DNA of 64,000 bases from an uncultured Fibrobacterota bacterium (GCA_963753345.1 CAVWBU010000026.1:128001-192000), one strand, 5' to 3'; positions 28,533-39,437 are shown, counted from the stretch's first letter. Notes: generated by a model not told the origin, from the letters alone. Numbers and translations: made by a program.

Positions 28533-29744
28533 TTGGCTGAAAAATCAATAAATTGGAAATATCTCGTGGCCCAGGATCGGGTCAAGGAGATGCTCGGTTC
28601 CGCATTCTTATCCGGCAACCTCGCTCATGCCTATCTGTTCTGCGGCGATGAGGGCGTCGGCAAATTCGCGGCTGCGCTCGACATGGCCATGGCGCTCTTG
28701 TGTACGGGCGAAGGCGCGGTCCCGTGCCATACGTGTTCGTCATGCCAGAGAACTTTGGCCTATAATCATCCTGACCTGCACATCGTTCTTCCCATTCCTC
28801 TTGGAAAAGGAGTAATGAGCGACGACGACCTGTCGGAAAAAGGGTGGGGCTTGATTTCATCAAAAATACGGGCAAAAATTTCAGAGCCGTATTTACCCGT
28901 TACTTTTGAAAAGGAAGAATCAGATGAAGACGAAGATAAAAAGAAGGACGGCTTCAAAGTACCCATAATTCCCAGGGACTTGATCAGAGAGTTCGACCAT
29001 GCGATGCTGCGGGGAGCCGTCGAGAGTAAAAGCAACGTCGGCATCATGTATGACATCGACGTCATGAGACCCGATTCTCAGAATACTTTATTGAAGACCC
29101 TGGAGGAGCCGCCCGCAAATACGTATCTCTTTCTCACGACCTGCAAGCCGGAAGCCCTTTTGCCGACGGTTTTTTCCCGTTGTCAAATTGTTCGTTTCGG
29201 CCATGTGCCGGCAAAGCAAATTCAACAGGAACTAACCAAGGTCCTGGGAACGACCGCACATAAAGCGAAAATCGCCGATGCCGTGTATTATTCAATGGGG
29301 TCTTTGGGTCGGGCGCTCACCCAAGTTAACATTGAGGAATCCGGTCGCGGGCCAAAGCGTCTGAAGGAAACGGAGCAAGAGGTGAAGGATTTTTGGACGG
29401 TGTGCTGTTCGGGTGATTGGCAACAAATTGGGCGCACCGTGGATTCGCTGGTCAAGGAAAGGAATCCTGCGGTGCACGAACAGTTTTTCAGTTACATGCT
29501 TTATCTTCTTAGAAACAGCTTCTTGCACAAGACCGGTTGCTCTGAGAATTATATTGATGAAAGCAATATTCTTGCCGACCCGAGCGGCATTTTCTCCGAC
29601 CCGTCGCGAACATCGGTCATTACCAAAGCCTGCGACGAAGCGCTTTCAAGCGTAAGAAAGTACGGGAACGTCGGGATTATTTTCGTCAATCTCATCATGA
29701 CGGTCATGGAGACCCTTATTACTCCGGCAACAAAAGATGTGTAA
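28533..29744 (+). CDS. holB: DNA polymerase III subunit delta'
   Basis: AHAYLFCGDEGVGK, PCHTCSSC, HPDL, QNTLLKTLEEPP, LLPTVFSRCQ; upstream of the PSP1 gene. Confidence 0.88.
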   Translation: MAEKSINWKYLVAQDRVKEMLGSAFLSGNLAHAYLFCGDEGVGKFAAALDMAMALLCTGEGAVPCHTCSSCQRTLAYNHPDLHIVLPIPLGKGVMSDDDLSEKGWGLISSKIRAKISEPYLPVTFEKEESDEDEDKKKDGFKVPIIPRDLIREFDHAMLRGAVESKSNVGIMYDIDVMRPDSQNTLLKTLEEPPANTYLFLTTCKPEALLPTVFSRCQIVRFGHVPAKQIQQELTKVLGTTAHKAKIADAVYYSMGSLGRALTQVNIEESGRGPKRLKETEQEVKDFWTVCCSGDWQQIGRTVDSLVKERNPAVHEQFFSYMLYLLRNSFLHKTGCSENYIDESNILADPSGIFSDPSRTSVITKACDEALSSVRKYGNVGIIFVNLIMTVMETLITPATKDV

Positions 29745-29810
29745 ATTGTCGAGCTTTTTATACTGTAACACCGCCCTTTATCTTGTGCATATTTAATTGC
29801 CGGAGTAATA

Positions 29811-30677
29811 ATGTCGAAAAACAGCAAGCTGGTTGAGGTCGTGTTCAAGGGCGAACGCCGGGCCATTTACCGGAACCGCAGCGAACTGGACATCTACGAG
29901 GGCGACGCGGTGGTGGTGGAGGCCGAGCGCGGCGAGGACCTCGGGCGGATTTCGCTCGTCGGCGCGCTTGTCAAGCTCAAGCGCGGCCAGGGCGACGCCA
30001 AGGGCATCATCCGCAAGGCCCTGGAAAAGGACTGGAACCAGCACAACGCCAACCTGGCCAAGGAAAACGACGCCTACAAAGTCTGCCGGGAGAAGATACG
30101 GCACTACAACCTCGACATGAAGCTCGTGGACGTGGAGATGCAGTTCGACGGCAGCAAGATAACGTTTTTCTTTACGGCCGCGCAGCGCGTTGACTTCAGG
30201 GAACTCGTGAAGGACCTTGCCTCGGTCTACCGCACGCGCATCGAGCTTAGGCAGATCGGCGTGCGCGACGAGGCGAAGCGGGTGAGCGGCTTCGGCATCT
30301 GCGGGCGCAAGCAGTGCTGCAGCGCGTTTCTCACCGAATTCGAGCAGATCACCACGCAGATGGCAAAGGACCAGGAGATCTCGCTCAACCCCGCCAAGAT
30401 CTCCGGCAACTGCGGCAGGCTTTTGTGCTGCCTGCGGTACGAGGAGGAGCTGTACCGCACGGCATTCAAGGATTTCCCGCCCATTGAGGGCAAGCTCAAA
30501 ATCATTGGGAAGGACGGCAAGGAACGGGACGGCTTGCTCACCTTCATCAACGTCTTCAAGAATCTTGGCCAGGTGCGGTTTGCCGACGGGACCAGCGAGT
30601 GGCTCACGCCGGAGGAGCTGTCGAAAGGACGAATGGAAATTAAAGAACCTGTCAATGGTGCACAAAATGACAAATAA
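29811..30677 (+). CDS. PSP1 domain protein (YaaT/RicT family)
   Basis: RVDFRELVKDLA, RIELRQIGVRDEAK, CGR..CC, KISGNCGRLLCCL. Confidence 0.93.
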   Translation: MSKNSKLVEVVFKGERRAIYRNRSELDIYEGDAVVVEAERGEDLGRISLVGALVKLKRGQGDAKGIIRKALEKDWNQHNANLAKENDAYKVCREKIRHYNLDMKLVDVEMQFDGSKITFFFTAAQRVDFRELVKDLASVYRTRIELRQIGVRDEAKRVSGFGICGRKQCCSAFLTEFEQITTQMAKDQEISLNPAKISGNCGRLLCCLRYEEELYRTAFKDFPPIEGKLKIIGKDGKERDGLLTFINVFKNLGQVRFADGTSEWLTPEELSKGRMEIKEPVNGAQNDK

Positions 30678-32679
30678 GAAGGCCGGCGCGGCCCGGACCA
30701 TTCTGGTCACGAGCGCCCTGCCCTATGCCAACGGCGACATTCACCTGGGCCATCTTCTCGAAGCGGTGCAGACCGACGTGTTCGTGCGGTACCAGAAGCT
30801 GCGCGGGAACCGCGCGGTGTACGTGTGCGCCGACGACACGCACGGCACGGCCATCCAGATCAACGCCATGAAGCGCGGCATCACGCCGCCGCAGCTCGTG
30901 GCTGAAATGGGGGAGCGCCACGCTAAGGACTACGCCGGTTTCAACATCGGATTCGACATCTTCTACACCACCGATTCGCCGGAAAACCGTTTCTTCGCCG
31001 AGCTCATTTACAAAAGCCTGCGTGACAAGGGGCTTATCGAGGAAAAAGAGATCTCCCAGTACTACTGCGAGCACGACGGCCGCTTCCTGCCCGACCGGTT
31101 CATCAAGGGGACCTGCCCGAGCTGCGGCGCGCTCGACCAGTACGGCGACGTGTGCGAATCGTGCGGCTCCACCTACGATCCCACGGACCTCAAATCGCCG
31201 GTGTGCATCACCTGCGGGAAAACGCCGGTCCTGAAATCGTCCAGGCATGTATTCGTGCAGCTCGAAAAACGTCATGAATTTCTCGGCGCGTACGTCGGTT
31301 CCGGCGCCCTCGCGGATGAGGTCCGCAATTTCGCACAAAGCTGGCTGTCGGTCCCGCTCCGTGAATGGTGCATTTCCCGCGACGCGCCGTATTTCGGATT
31401 CGAAATTCCCGGCATGCCGACCAAGTTCTTTTATGTCTGGCTCGACGCGCCCATCGGCTACATTGCGTCAACGAAGAAGTGGTGCGATGGCCATGGCGCC
31501 AACGCCGACGACTACTGGTCGAAAACAAGCGGCGCCGAACTCGTGCACTTCATCGGCAAGGACATCGTGTATTTCCACACGCTGTTCTGGCCGGTGATGC
31601 TTGACAGCGCGGACTTCAAGCTTCCGTCGAAGATATTCGTCCACGGATTTCTTACGATTGCCGGCGAGAAGATGTCGAAGAGCAGGGGAACCTTCATTCT
31701 TGCGCGCGACTTTCTTGACAAAGTGAAACACCCGCAGGCCGCCGAACTCTTGCGGTTCTACTTTGCGGCGAAATCGTCCGGCTCCGTCAACGACATCGAT
31801 CTCAACGCCGAGGAATTGCTGAACCGGGTGAATACGGTGCTTGCCAACAACGTCGGCAATTTCCACCACCGCACCGTGGTGTTCTGCGAGCGGTACTTCA
31901 ATGCGGAAGTGCCGGGCGCAGTCTGGGAAGAATCGTTCGCGGAGCAGGTGGTCAAACACGGCGCGATCATTGCCGATGCGTATGACAAAACGGACTACAA
32001 GACCGTGATCGAGCAGGTGCAGGAGCTTGGCGACCTAGGCAACAAATATTATCAGGACAGCAAGCCCTGGGAACTTTTGAAGACCGACCGCGCAGCCGCC
32101 GCAAAAGTCATGGTGACCTGCCTCAACCTCATCAGGTCGATCGCGGTCTTTTTGAAACCGATCACGCCGGATATTGTAAAGAAAGTCGAAAATCTTTTCG
32201 GGGCCGAACTTTCGTGGAAGGACCACGTGTTTTCGCTGAAGGCCGGGAAGCTCGGCGCAACGGAAAAGCTGGTCCAGCCTCTTGAGCCCGAGCAGCTTGA
32301 AATGCTGCGAGGGGAGGCAAAGCCGGGGCCGGCTGCCGCCGAACCTGTGGAATCGGCAGTTGACATTGCGGTCTTCAAGTCGCTCGATCTGCGCGTGGGC
32401 ATCGTCAAGACCGCCGAGAAGATCGAGAAGTCGCAGAAGCTCCTCAAGCTTTCCATAGACATAGGGGAACCCGCGCCGCGGCAGATTGTGGCGGGCGTCG
32501 CCCTTTCGTACCCGCCCGAAACGCTTGCGGGCAAGCAGGTGGTCGTTGTGGCCAACCTGAAAACCGCAAAGGTAATGGGCGTGGAATCGCAGGGCATGCT
32601 CCTCGCCGCGCTTGACAAAGGCGCGCTGTCCATGGTCCAGCCCGACAGGCCGGCGTCGCCCGGCTCGAAAGTCTCGTAG
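30667..32679 (+). CDS. metG: Methionine--tRNA ligase
   Basis: ALPYANGDIHLGH, KMSKS, zinc knuckle, C-terminal tRNA-binding domain. Confidence 0.97.
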   Translation: MTNKKAGAARTILVTSALPYANGDIHLGHLLEAVQTDVFVRYQKLRGNRAVYVCADDTHGTAIQINAMKRGITPPQLVAEMGERHAKDYAGFNIGFDIFYTTDSPENRFFAELIYKSLRDKGLIEEKEISQYYCEHDGRFLPDRFIKGTCPSCGALDQYGDVCESCGSTYDPTDLKSPVCITCGKTPVLKSSRHVFVQLEKRHEFLGAYVGSGALADEVRNFAQSWLSVPLREWCISRDAPYFGFEIPGMPTKFFYVWLDAPIGYIASTKKWCDGHGANADDYWSKTSGAELVHFIGKDIVYFHTLFWPVMLDSADFKLPSKIFVHGFLTIAGEKMSKSRGTFILARDFLDKVKHPQAAELLRFYFAAKSSGSVNDIDLNAEELLNRVNTVLANNVGNFHHRTVVFCERYFNAEVPGAVWEESFAEQVVKHGAIIADAYDKTDYKTVIEQVQELGDLGNKYYQDSKPWELLKTDRAAAAKVMVTCLNLIRSIAVFLKPITPDIVKKVENLFGAELSWKDHVFSLKAGKLGATEKLVQPLEPEQLEMLRGEAKPGPAAAEPVESAVDIAVFKSLDLRVGIVKTAEKIEKSQKLLKLSIDIGEPAPRQIVAGVALSYPPETLAGKQVVVVANLKTAKVMGVESQGMLLAALDKGALSMVQPDRPASPGSKVS

Positions 32680-32686
32680 GCCTTGC

Positions 32687-34409
32687 ATGATGCAGCCGAC
32701 CATGAATACGGCGCGCGAAACCATCACGGTGAAGACCGCCGACGCCGGACTTGTGCGCGAGCTAAGCCGCAAGCCTCGGTATCCCGGCCGCAGCCGCGGC
32801 CATCCTTGCGGTGCGCGGGTTCACCACGCCGGATGAGTGCAAACGGTTCTTTTCGCCCGGGCAGGCGCAGTTCAACGACCCGTTCCTGTTCAACGACATG
32901 GAGAAGGCGTGCGACCGCGTGTGCGCGGCCATCCGCGACCGCGAGAAGATCGTCATCTACGGCGACTACGACGTCGATGGCGTCACGTCAACCGTGATCC
33001 TCATCCGCCTTCTGCGCCAGTTCGGCGCCGACTGCGAGTACTATCTTCCCAACAGATTGACGGAAGGCTACGGGCTGTCGGAGGAGGGAATCCGCGCCGT
33101 CGCGTCGCAGGGCGCCAGGCTCGTGGTATCGGTGGACTGCGGCATTACCGCATGTAAAGAAGTGGACCTCGCCAATTCGCTCGGCATCGACGTGATCGTT
33201 TCGGACCACCACGAGCCCAAGGACCTCGTGCCTGCCGCGTTCGCCCTGCTCGACCCCAAGCTCGCCTCGTGCGGCTATCCCGACGACGCGCTCGCGGGCG
33301 TGGGCGTGGCGCTCAAGCTCTGCCAGGGCCTGGCGCACCGCATCGGCTCCGCCGAGGACGTGTGGAACCGCTATCTCGACCTTGCCGCCGTCGGCACCGC
33401 CGCGGACATCGTTCCGCTCACCGGCGAAAACAGGATCATCACCTATTTGGGTTTTGGACAGCTTCCGTACACCAAGAACGAGGGACTCAGGGCGCTGCTT
33501 GCGGTGCAGGACTGCGACGGCAAAGAACTGTCGACCGGCGACGTGGTGTTCCGCATCGCGCCGTGCATCAACGCCGTGGGAAGGCTGGGCGATCCCCGGC
33601 GTAGCGTGGAGCTGCTTCTCACCGACGACCCGGCGCTCGCGTCGCTTTACGCAAAGGAACTGAGGGAGGCGAACATCGAGCGCCGTGCGCTCGACAACCA
33701 CATCCAGGAGGAGGCGTTTTCCTGGGTGGAGGAGAACTGCGACGCGGACAGCGATTTCGCCATCGTGGCCGGCTCGCGGTCGTGGCATTGCGGGGTGGTG
33801 GGGATCGTGGCGTCCAAGGTGGTGGAGCGGTACCACCGGCCGGCCATCCTGTTTGCGATAGGGGAAAACGGCATGGCGCGCGGCTCGGGCCGCAGCATTC
33901 CGGGCTTTCACCTCCATAACGCGCTCACGCGATGCGGCGACCTGCTCGAGGGGTTCGGCGGACATGCCGCGGCCGCGGGCATGACCATCCGCGAGGAGAA
34001 CCTGGGCGCGTTCCGGTCGCGGTTCAACGCCGTGGCGCGCGAAAAGCTCACGCCCTCGGATTTTATCCCGAAAGTAAACGCCGACGTGGAGGTGAAGCTT
34101 TCCGACCTCACGCCGGAGTTCTACGCCGTGCTGCGGAACATGGAGCCGTTCGGGCCGGGCAACATGCGGCCCGTGCTGGTGTGCCGCAACGTGTCGAACC
34201 GGTTCGAGCCCAGGGTGGTGGGCGGCAAACACCTCAAGATGATGGTGCAGGAGGGCCGTGCGGCGCTCGACGCCATCGCGTTCAATTTCGGCGACCGCCT
34301 CACCGAAGTGAAAGGCGCGCCGGCGTACACCGTTGCATTCTGCCTTGACGAAAACGAATGGAACGGCAAGAAGAGCCTTCAGCTCAAGGTGAAGGGGATG
34401 GAATTATGA
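32687..34409 (+). CDS. recJ: Single-stranded DNA exonuclease RecJ, with an apparent +1 frameshift near 32770
   Basis: YGDYDVDG, SDHH, GSGRS, GGHAAAAG, EPFGPGN motifs; the first about 28 codons are in another frame. Confidence 0.9.
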
Positions 34410-35779
34410 AAATGTGGGACGGCCGCTTTGCAAAGCCGACGGCAACGCTTATGGACCGCTTCAACCGCTCGCTTCCCGTGGACGCCGCGCTGTGCCGCGA
34501 AGACGCCGAGGGAAGCATGGCCTGGGCGACCGCGCTCAAAAAGGCGCGTGTGCTGTCGGGCCGCGAACACGCGGCGCTGGTGCGCGGGCTTGCGTCGCTG
34601 CTTGCCGATTGGCAAAAGGGAACCATCCGCTTCCGGCCGTCCGACGAGGACATCCACATGGCGATTGAGCGGCTGCTCGTGGAAAAAACAGGCGCCGCGG
34701 GTGAAAAACTGCACACCGGCCGCTCGCGCAACGATCAGGTTGCCACCGACACGCGGCTGTTCACCATGCGCCGCATCGACGGGATCTTCGCGCTCATCAC
34801 CGTGGTGCAGAAGGCGCTGCTCGGCCGCGCAAAGGCGGACATAAAAATCATCGCGCCCGCGTTTACGCACCTGCAGCAGGCCCAGCCCGTCATCCTATCC
34901 CACTACTGGCTGTCGCTGCTGTTCGCGCTGGAGCGTGAAAAGACAAGGTTTACAGAAGCGAGACAGTGCGCCGACCTCATGCCGCTGGGCAGCGGTGCCG
35001 TGGCAGGCAGCGGTTTTCCCGTTGACCGGCAGATGCTGGCAAAGCGGCTCGGGTTTACAAGGATTTCCGAGAACAGCATCGACGGCGTGGCCGGCCGCGA
35101 CTTCGTTTTGCAGGCGCTTGCTTGCTGCGCGTCGTGCGGCGTGCTCCTATCGCGCTACGCCGAAGACCTTATTATATGGTCGTCGCGCGAATTCGCATTT
35201 GTCGAGCTCGACGACGCGTGGTCCACGGGTTCGAGCATGATGCCGCAGAAGAAGAACCCGGACTCGCTGGAGCTTGTGCGCGGCAAGACAGGCAGGTTCG
35301 TGGGCAACCACACCCGTTTCGCAACGACCCTCAAGGGCGTGGGCCTTGCCTATTGCAAGGACCTGCAGGAAGACAAGGAGCCGCTCTTCGACAGCCTGGA
35401 ACAGCTCTCCATCGTCCTCGACGTGTTCGCGAGAGTGATTGCAACGCTCACGGTCAACAGGGCCGCCATTGCAGCCGACCTCGACCCGCTTCTGTGCGCC
35501 ACCGACCTCGCAGATTACCTTGTGTCAAAGGGCATGCCTTTCAGGCAGGCGCATAAGGTCGTGGGAAAAATCGTGGCGTGCTGCATTGACTCGGGCGCCG
35601 TGCTGTCGAAGCTCACCGTCGAACAGTTGCGGGAGTTCTCGCCGCTGTTCGGGAGGGACGCGCTGCAGGTTTTCAAATGGGAAAACGCGGTAGGCCGGAG
35701 GAGCGCAGAGGGCGGGACGTCGCCGTCAAGCGTGGCGAGGCAGATAAAACAAGCAGAGAAATTGGTCGGGAGAGGTTGA
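34406..35779 (+). CDS. argH: Argininosuccinate lyase
   Basis: MWDGRF, EDIH, LHTGRSRNDQVATD, GSSMMPQKKNPD, KDLQEDK. Confidence 0.97.
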   Translation: MKMWDGRFAKPTATLMDRFNRSLPVDAALCREDAEGSMAWATALKKARVLSGREHAALVRGLASLLADWQKGTIRFRPSDEDIHMAIERLLVEKTGAAGEKLHTGRSRNDQVATDTRLFTMRRIDGIFALITVVQKALLGRAKADIKIIAPAFTHLQQAQPVILSHYWLSLLFALEREKTRFTEARQCADLMPLGSGAVAGSGFPVDRQMLAKRLGFTRISENSIDGVAGRDFVLQALACCASCGVLLSRYAEDLIIWSSREFAFVELDDAWSTGSSMMPQKKNPDSLELVRGKTGRFVGNHTRFATTLKGVGLAYCKDLQEDKEPLFDSLEQLSIVLDVFARVIATLTVNRAAIAADLDPLLCATDLADYLVSKGMPFRQAHKVVGKIVACCIDSGAVLSKLTVEQLREFSPLFGRDALQVFKWENAVGRRSAEGGTSPSSVARQIKQAEKLVGRG

Positions 35780-35888
35780 CAGTTTACCGTTGACGGTTGA
35801 CAGTCAATCCTGAATCTGGAATTTGGAATATGCTGTTGATCGAAAGCATTTACTAAGAAGTTTATAAGTATGATCACATAACGTCGAT

Positions 35889-36046
35889 GTCACCCTGAGT
35901 CCTGTGCTGAGCTCGTCGAAGCATTGTCGACCGCGACTACAACCGCATACAAACCCAAGGAGCAATGGCGTCTTCGCCAACGGTCTATCGAGTGCGAGAC
36001 TGTTCGACAGAGCCTGCACTGAGCGTGTCGAAGTGCTCACCGTGAC
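35889..36046. repeat. REP-like palindrome cluster (GTCACCCTGAG...GTCGAAG type)
   Basis: Outer GTCACCCTGAG / CTCACCGTGAC inverted ends with internal CTGAGC..GTCGAAG units; related element at 39348-39437. Confidence 0.6.
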
Positions 36047-36104
36047 ATATTCAATGTTGTATTACTTATGAGCTGCTTAATAAGCGTCATAGAAAGGGTT
36101 CGTT

Positions 36105-37295
36105 ATGATGCGCATTGGTGAAATTACCGTCGGGACAGTGCTTGCGCTCTGCTGTGCGGTTGTCGCCCAGACCGTTTCGCTTCCGGATTCCATCTGTAAA
36201 GCAGGCACCGTGCCGGTGAAGTATTCGGGGAACATTAACCTCAACTTCACCGAAGGTCCCGCGGCCGATGCCGCCGGAGACCTGTTCTTTACCGCACCCA
36301 ATTCCTCCCAGATATGGAAGATTCCGGCGTCGGGCGCCATCCCCGCCGCGCCGTTCCTTTCCAACACCAACGGCGCGGAAGGGCTCACGTTTGACGCCCA
36401 GGACCGGCTGGTTGCGGGCCAGCACAGCATGCTAACGCGCTACAACGCCGACGGCTCGGTTGATGAGGTGCTGGCGCAGGCCACGGCCTCGATGCAGTTC
36501 GGGAACATCAACGACCTCACCATGGGGACGCAGGGCCAGATCTACTTCTCAAACTCGGGGAGCCAGGTGTTCTACCGCGATCCGACAACCGGCACGGTGT
36601 CGGTGGCGGCGACTGGGTTCGCTTATTCGAACGGGATCTTTCTGGTTGAGGAAGACTCGATGATGTACGTCGACGATAACGGGGGAACAAACCTTATTTA
36701 CAAATACCATGTCGCCGCGAACGGCGCCCTGTCGAACCGGACACAGTTCGCGACCGTCAACGTCCCCGACGGCATACGGGTCGACATCGACGGCAACGTC
36801 TACTGCGCCGCCAACGGCGACAAGACGGTGGTCGTCTTCAACAAATCGGGCGTGCTGCTGGGGAAAATCGATTTGAGTGCGGTGACCCAGTACACCACGA
36901 ACTGCGCGTTCGGCGGACCCGGCAACAAGACGCTGTATATCACCGGATCGAACGCCGTGTATGCCGTGACCATGCAGATCCCCGGCAGAAGGCTCAGCAC
37001 CATGATCACCGGCGCCGCGAGGGGAAACGCGGGGCGCGCGCCGCAGCAGGGATACAACGTAAGTGCAAGGGGGCAGACGCTATTAATGACATTGCCGTCA
37101 GGAAGCTCCGTCGGCTGTCTCGGCGTGTTCGATCTGCGCGGAAGGCTTGTGGAGGAACTTCTGCCTTTTGTCAATAATCAGGGGCAATTGACGGTTGCGT
37201 GGGACCGCGGGGCCGCCGCGCGCGGCGAGTATGTGATCCGGCCGCTTGCGGGCGGCGCGGCCGCGGCGCGGTCGCTTGCGGTTGTGGGGCGCTGA
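36105..37295 (+). CDS. SMP-30/gluconolactonase family protein with C-terminal T9SS-like domain
   Basis: FTEGP, NDL, SNGI, PDGIRVD.DGN, TNCAFGG...TLYIT; signal peptide. Confidence 0.88.
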   Translation: MMRIGEITVGTVLALCCAVVAQTVSLPDSICKAGTVPVKYSGNINLNFTEGPAADAAGDLFFTAPNSSQIWKIPASGAIPAAPFLSNTNGAEGLTFDAQDRLVAGQHSMLTRYNADGSVDEVLAQATASMQFGNINDLTMGTQGQIYFSNSGSQVFYRDPTTGTVSVAATGFAYSNGIFLVEEDSMMYVDDNGGTNLIYKYHVAANGALSNRTQFATVNVPDGIRVDIDGNVYCAANGDKTVVVFNKSGVLLGKIDLSAVTQYTTNCAFGGPGNKTLYITGSNAVYAVTMQIPGRRLSTMITGAARGNAGRAPQQGYNVSARGQTLLMTLPSGSSVGCLGVFDLRGRLVEELLPFVNNQGQLTVAWDRGAAARGEYVIRPLAGGAAAARSLAVVGR

Positions 37296-37359
37296 AGCTT
37301 TACATAAACGGATTCATCCTGCTGTTCATCCGATCATAAAATCTCAAGGGGGGGGCGTC

Positions 37360-39273
37360 ATGATTTCGCGTGAAACGAAGTCCGATTCGGTCAAGGTCTG
37401 CCCGAAGACCGGCAGGCTCGTCAGGAACAAAGCTGTCTGGAAAACTCCGCTGATTGCGGTACCGGTGGCAGGGTTTGCCGCGCTCGTCTGGTTCTGTGTG
37501 AGGGTGATCCCCAAGCCGAGCCGCATCCACCATCCGTGCCAGCAGGTCGCCCTTCCGCTCGCATCGGGATTTCTTTTCTGGCTGGGCAGTCTTGCCGCCG
37601 GCGTGGCCATTTTCCGCACCAGCCTTTCCATGCTAAAAAAAAGGCGTTTCGTTGTGGGCGCGGCGTGCCTCGGCGCCGCGGTCGCCTTCCTCGGCGTGTT
37701 TGCCATCCAGTCGGCGCGGCCGAGCGAAGCAAAGGTCAGGAATGTCGCGCCCTCCTCGCTGCCGTGCGGAGTGGCCAAAGGCATTTTCCCCGGCAGGGTG
37801 GTGTGGGCGCGCAACCTCGCCGCGGCCAACGAGAACTGCACACAGGCGGCCGGCGACTACTGGTGGATGGACAAGAACACCGACTCGACTGTTGTCGAAA
37901 AGATGGTGTCGGACGACCTTCGCACGCTGACGGCAACAACGTCCGATTCCGCCGCGTGGGTCGCGCTTTTCAAGTATTTCAACAAGCAGCGCTACGGCCT
38001 GGAAAACACCGGCTACACGGCGGGAGAGAAGATCGTGGTCAAGATCAACCTGTCGAGCGCGCACGACATGACCAGAGGCGGCGGCATGACCAAGGGCGAC
38101 TGTCTTGACATGACCGACACGTCGCCCCAGATTATGCGGGCCATCCTCAAGCAGCTGATCAACGTTGTCCATGCGGCCCAGACGGACATTTACCTCGGCG
38201 ATCCTGGCAAGCCGTTCTTCGACCAGTTCTTCTCCCTTGTCCAGCCCCATTTCCCCAAGGTGAATTACATTGACGTTTGGGGAATAAGCGGGCGCATGCC
38301 CGCCACGGCCACCGCGCAGCCCGTGATTTTTTATAGCGACCGCAATCTTCCCGACGACCTGGCCGGCTTTCCGCGCCAGGCCTCCGACAAGATCCCGCAG
38401 TGTTTTGTGGATGCGCGGTATCTGATCAGCCTCGCGCCCCTCAAGGCGCACGAAAGCGCGGGCCTCACCGCGTGCGCCAAGAACCATTTCGGCTCGCAGC
38501 TCGGCCCGAACCCGTTCAACGGCGACCAGGGCGGCGCATGGCACCTGCACTACGCGTTGCCCTCCAACGGGGGAAGGCCCGGCTACGGCGTATACCGCAA
38601 CCTCGTCGACCTGATGGGGCACCAGCACCTCGGCGGCAAGACGTTGCTCTCGGTGCTCGACGCGCTGTGGTCGGGCAATACCTCGACGCCCATTGCGCCG
38701 GGAAAATGGAAATCGATGAGCAATACTTATCCGTCAAGCATTTTCATGTCGCAGGACATCGTGGCAATCGAGGCCGTGGGGCTCGATTTCCTCAAGGCGG
38801 AATACACCTCGCCGAATTACACCGATACCTGTTATTTGTATCCCACCCGTGTGGTCGGCATCGACGATTACCTCTACCAGGCGGCAGACCCTGCCAACTG
38901 GCCCGACAGCGTTGCCGGCAAGCCGTTTCCCGGATACGACCCCAATGGCGACAGCACCCTTATCGGCAGCCTCGGCACGTACGACCATTGGAACAATGCC
39001 ACCGACAAGCAGTATTCGCGGAACCTCGACCCGGTCAACGGCAAGGGCATCGAGCTGGTTACCGCCGGCGCCACGGCCGTTTCCCCCGGCTCGGTGAGGC
39101 CTGCGCAGGCGGCTCTTGCAAAAAGCAAATCCGCCGCCCTGTATTCCGTGAACGGCAGGCTGGTTGCAAAAACGCTGCCGGCTTCCGGGATGCGCCCGGG
39201 CGGTGTAGCTCCCGGCGCGTACATCGACCGGGATACAAAGGGCGAATGCCGGAAGGTCGTGCCTGTCAATTAA
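37360..39273 (+). CDS. DUF362 domain protein with N-terminal TMs and C-terminal T9SS-like tail
   Basis: RVIPKPSR..PCQ, G.AKGIFPGRVVW, KIVVKIN, LKAH..G.T.CAKNHFG, SQD.VAIEAVG.DFL. Confidence 0.8.
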   Translation: MISRETKSDSVKVCPKTGRLVRNKAVWKTPLIAVPVAGFAALVWFCVRVIPKPSRIHHPCQQVALPLASGFLFWLGSLAAGVAIFRTSLSMLKKRRFVVGAACLGAAVAFLGVFAIQSARPSEAKVRNVAPSSLPCGVAKGIFPGRVVWARNLAAANENCTQAAGDYWWMDKNTDSTVVEKMVSDDLRTLTATTSDSAAWVALFKYFNKQRYGLENTGYTAGEKIVVKINLSSAHDMTRGGGMTKGDCLDMTDTSPQIMRAILKQLINVVHAAQTDIYLGDPGKPFFDQFFSLVQPHFPKVNYIDVWGISGRMPATATAQPVIFYSDRNLPDDLAGFPRQASDKIPQCFVDARYLISLAPLKAHESAGLTACAKNHFGSQLGPNPFNGDQGGAWHLHYALPSNGGRPGYGVYRNLVDLMGHQHLGGKTLLSVLDALWSGNTSTPIAPGKWKSMSNTYPSSIFMSQDIVAIEAVGLDFLKAEYTSPNYTDTCYLYPTRVVGIDDYLYQAADPANWPDSVAGKPFPGYDPNGDSTLIGSLGTYDHWNNATDKQYSRNLDPVNGKGIELVTAGATAVSPGSVRPAQAALAKSKSAALYSVNGRLVAKTLPASGMRPGGVAPGAYIDRDTKGECRKVVPVN

Positions 39274-39347
39274 TGAGTGCGGGGTCTGGTGATTGCACTG
39301 TATCAGATTAATGAAGAAGTCGTGTGTTTGCCGTTCATGATTCAACA

Positions 39348-39437
39348 CCTTCGATAGACGCAGTGCAGGTGCTCGCCACGAACGTTAATGCGGTGCACAT
39401 TTCAGGGCTTTTTCGTTCGGCTGGACCTTGTCGAAGG
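39348..39437. repeat. REP-like palindrome (CCTTCGA...TCGAAGG type)
   Basis: Inverted ends CCTTCGA / TCGAAGG; related to 35889-36046. Confidence 0.5.
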
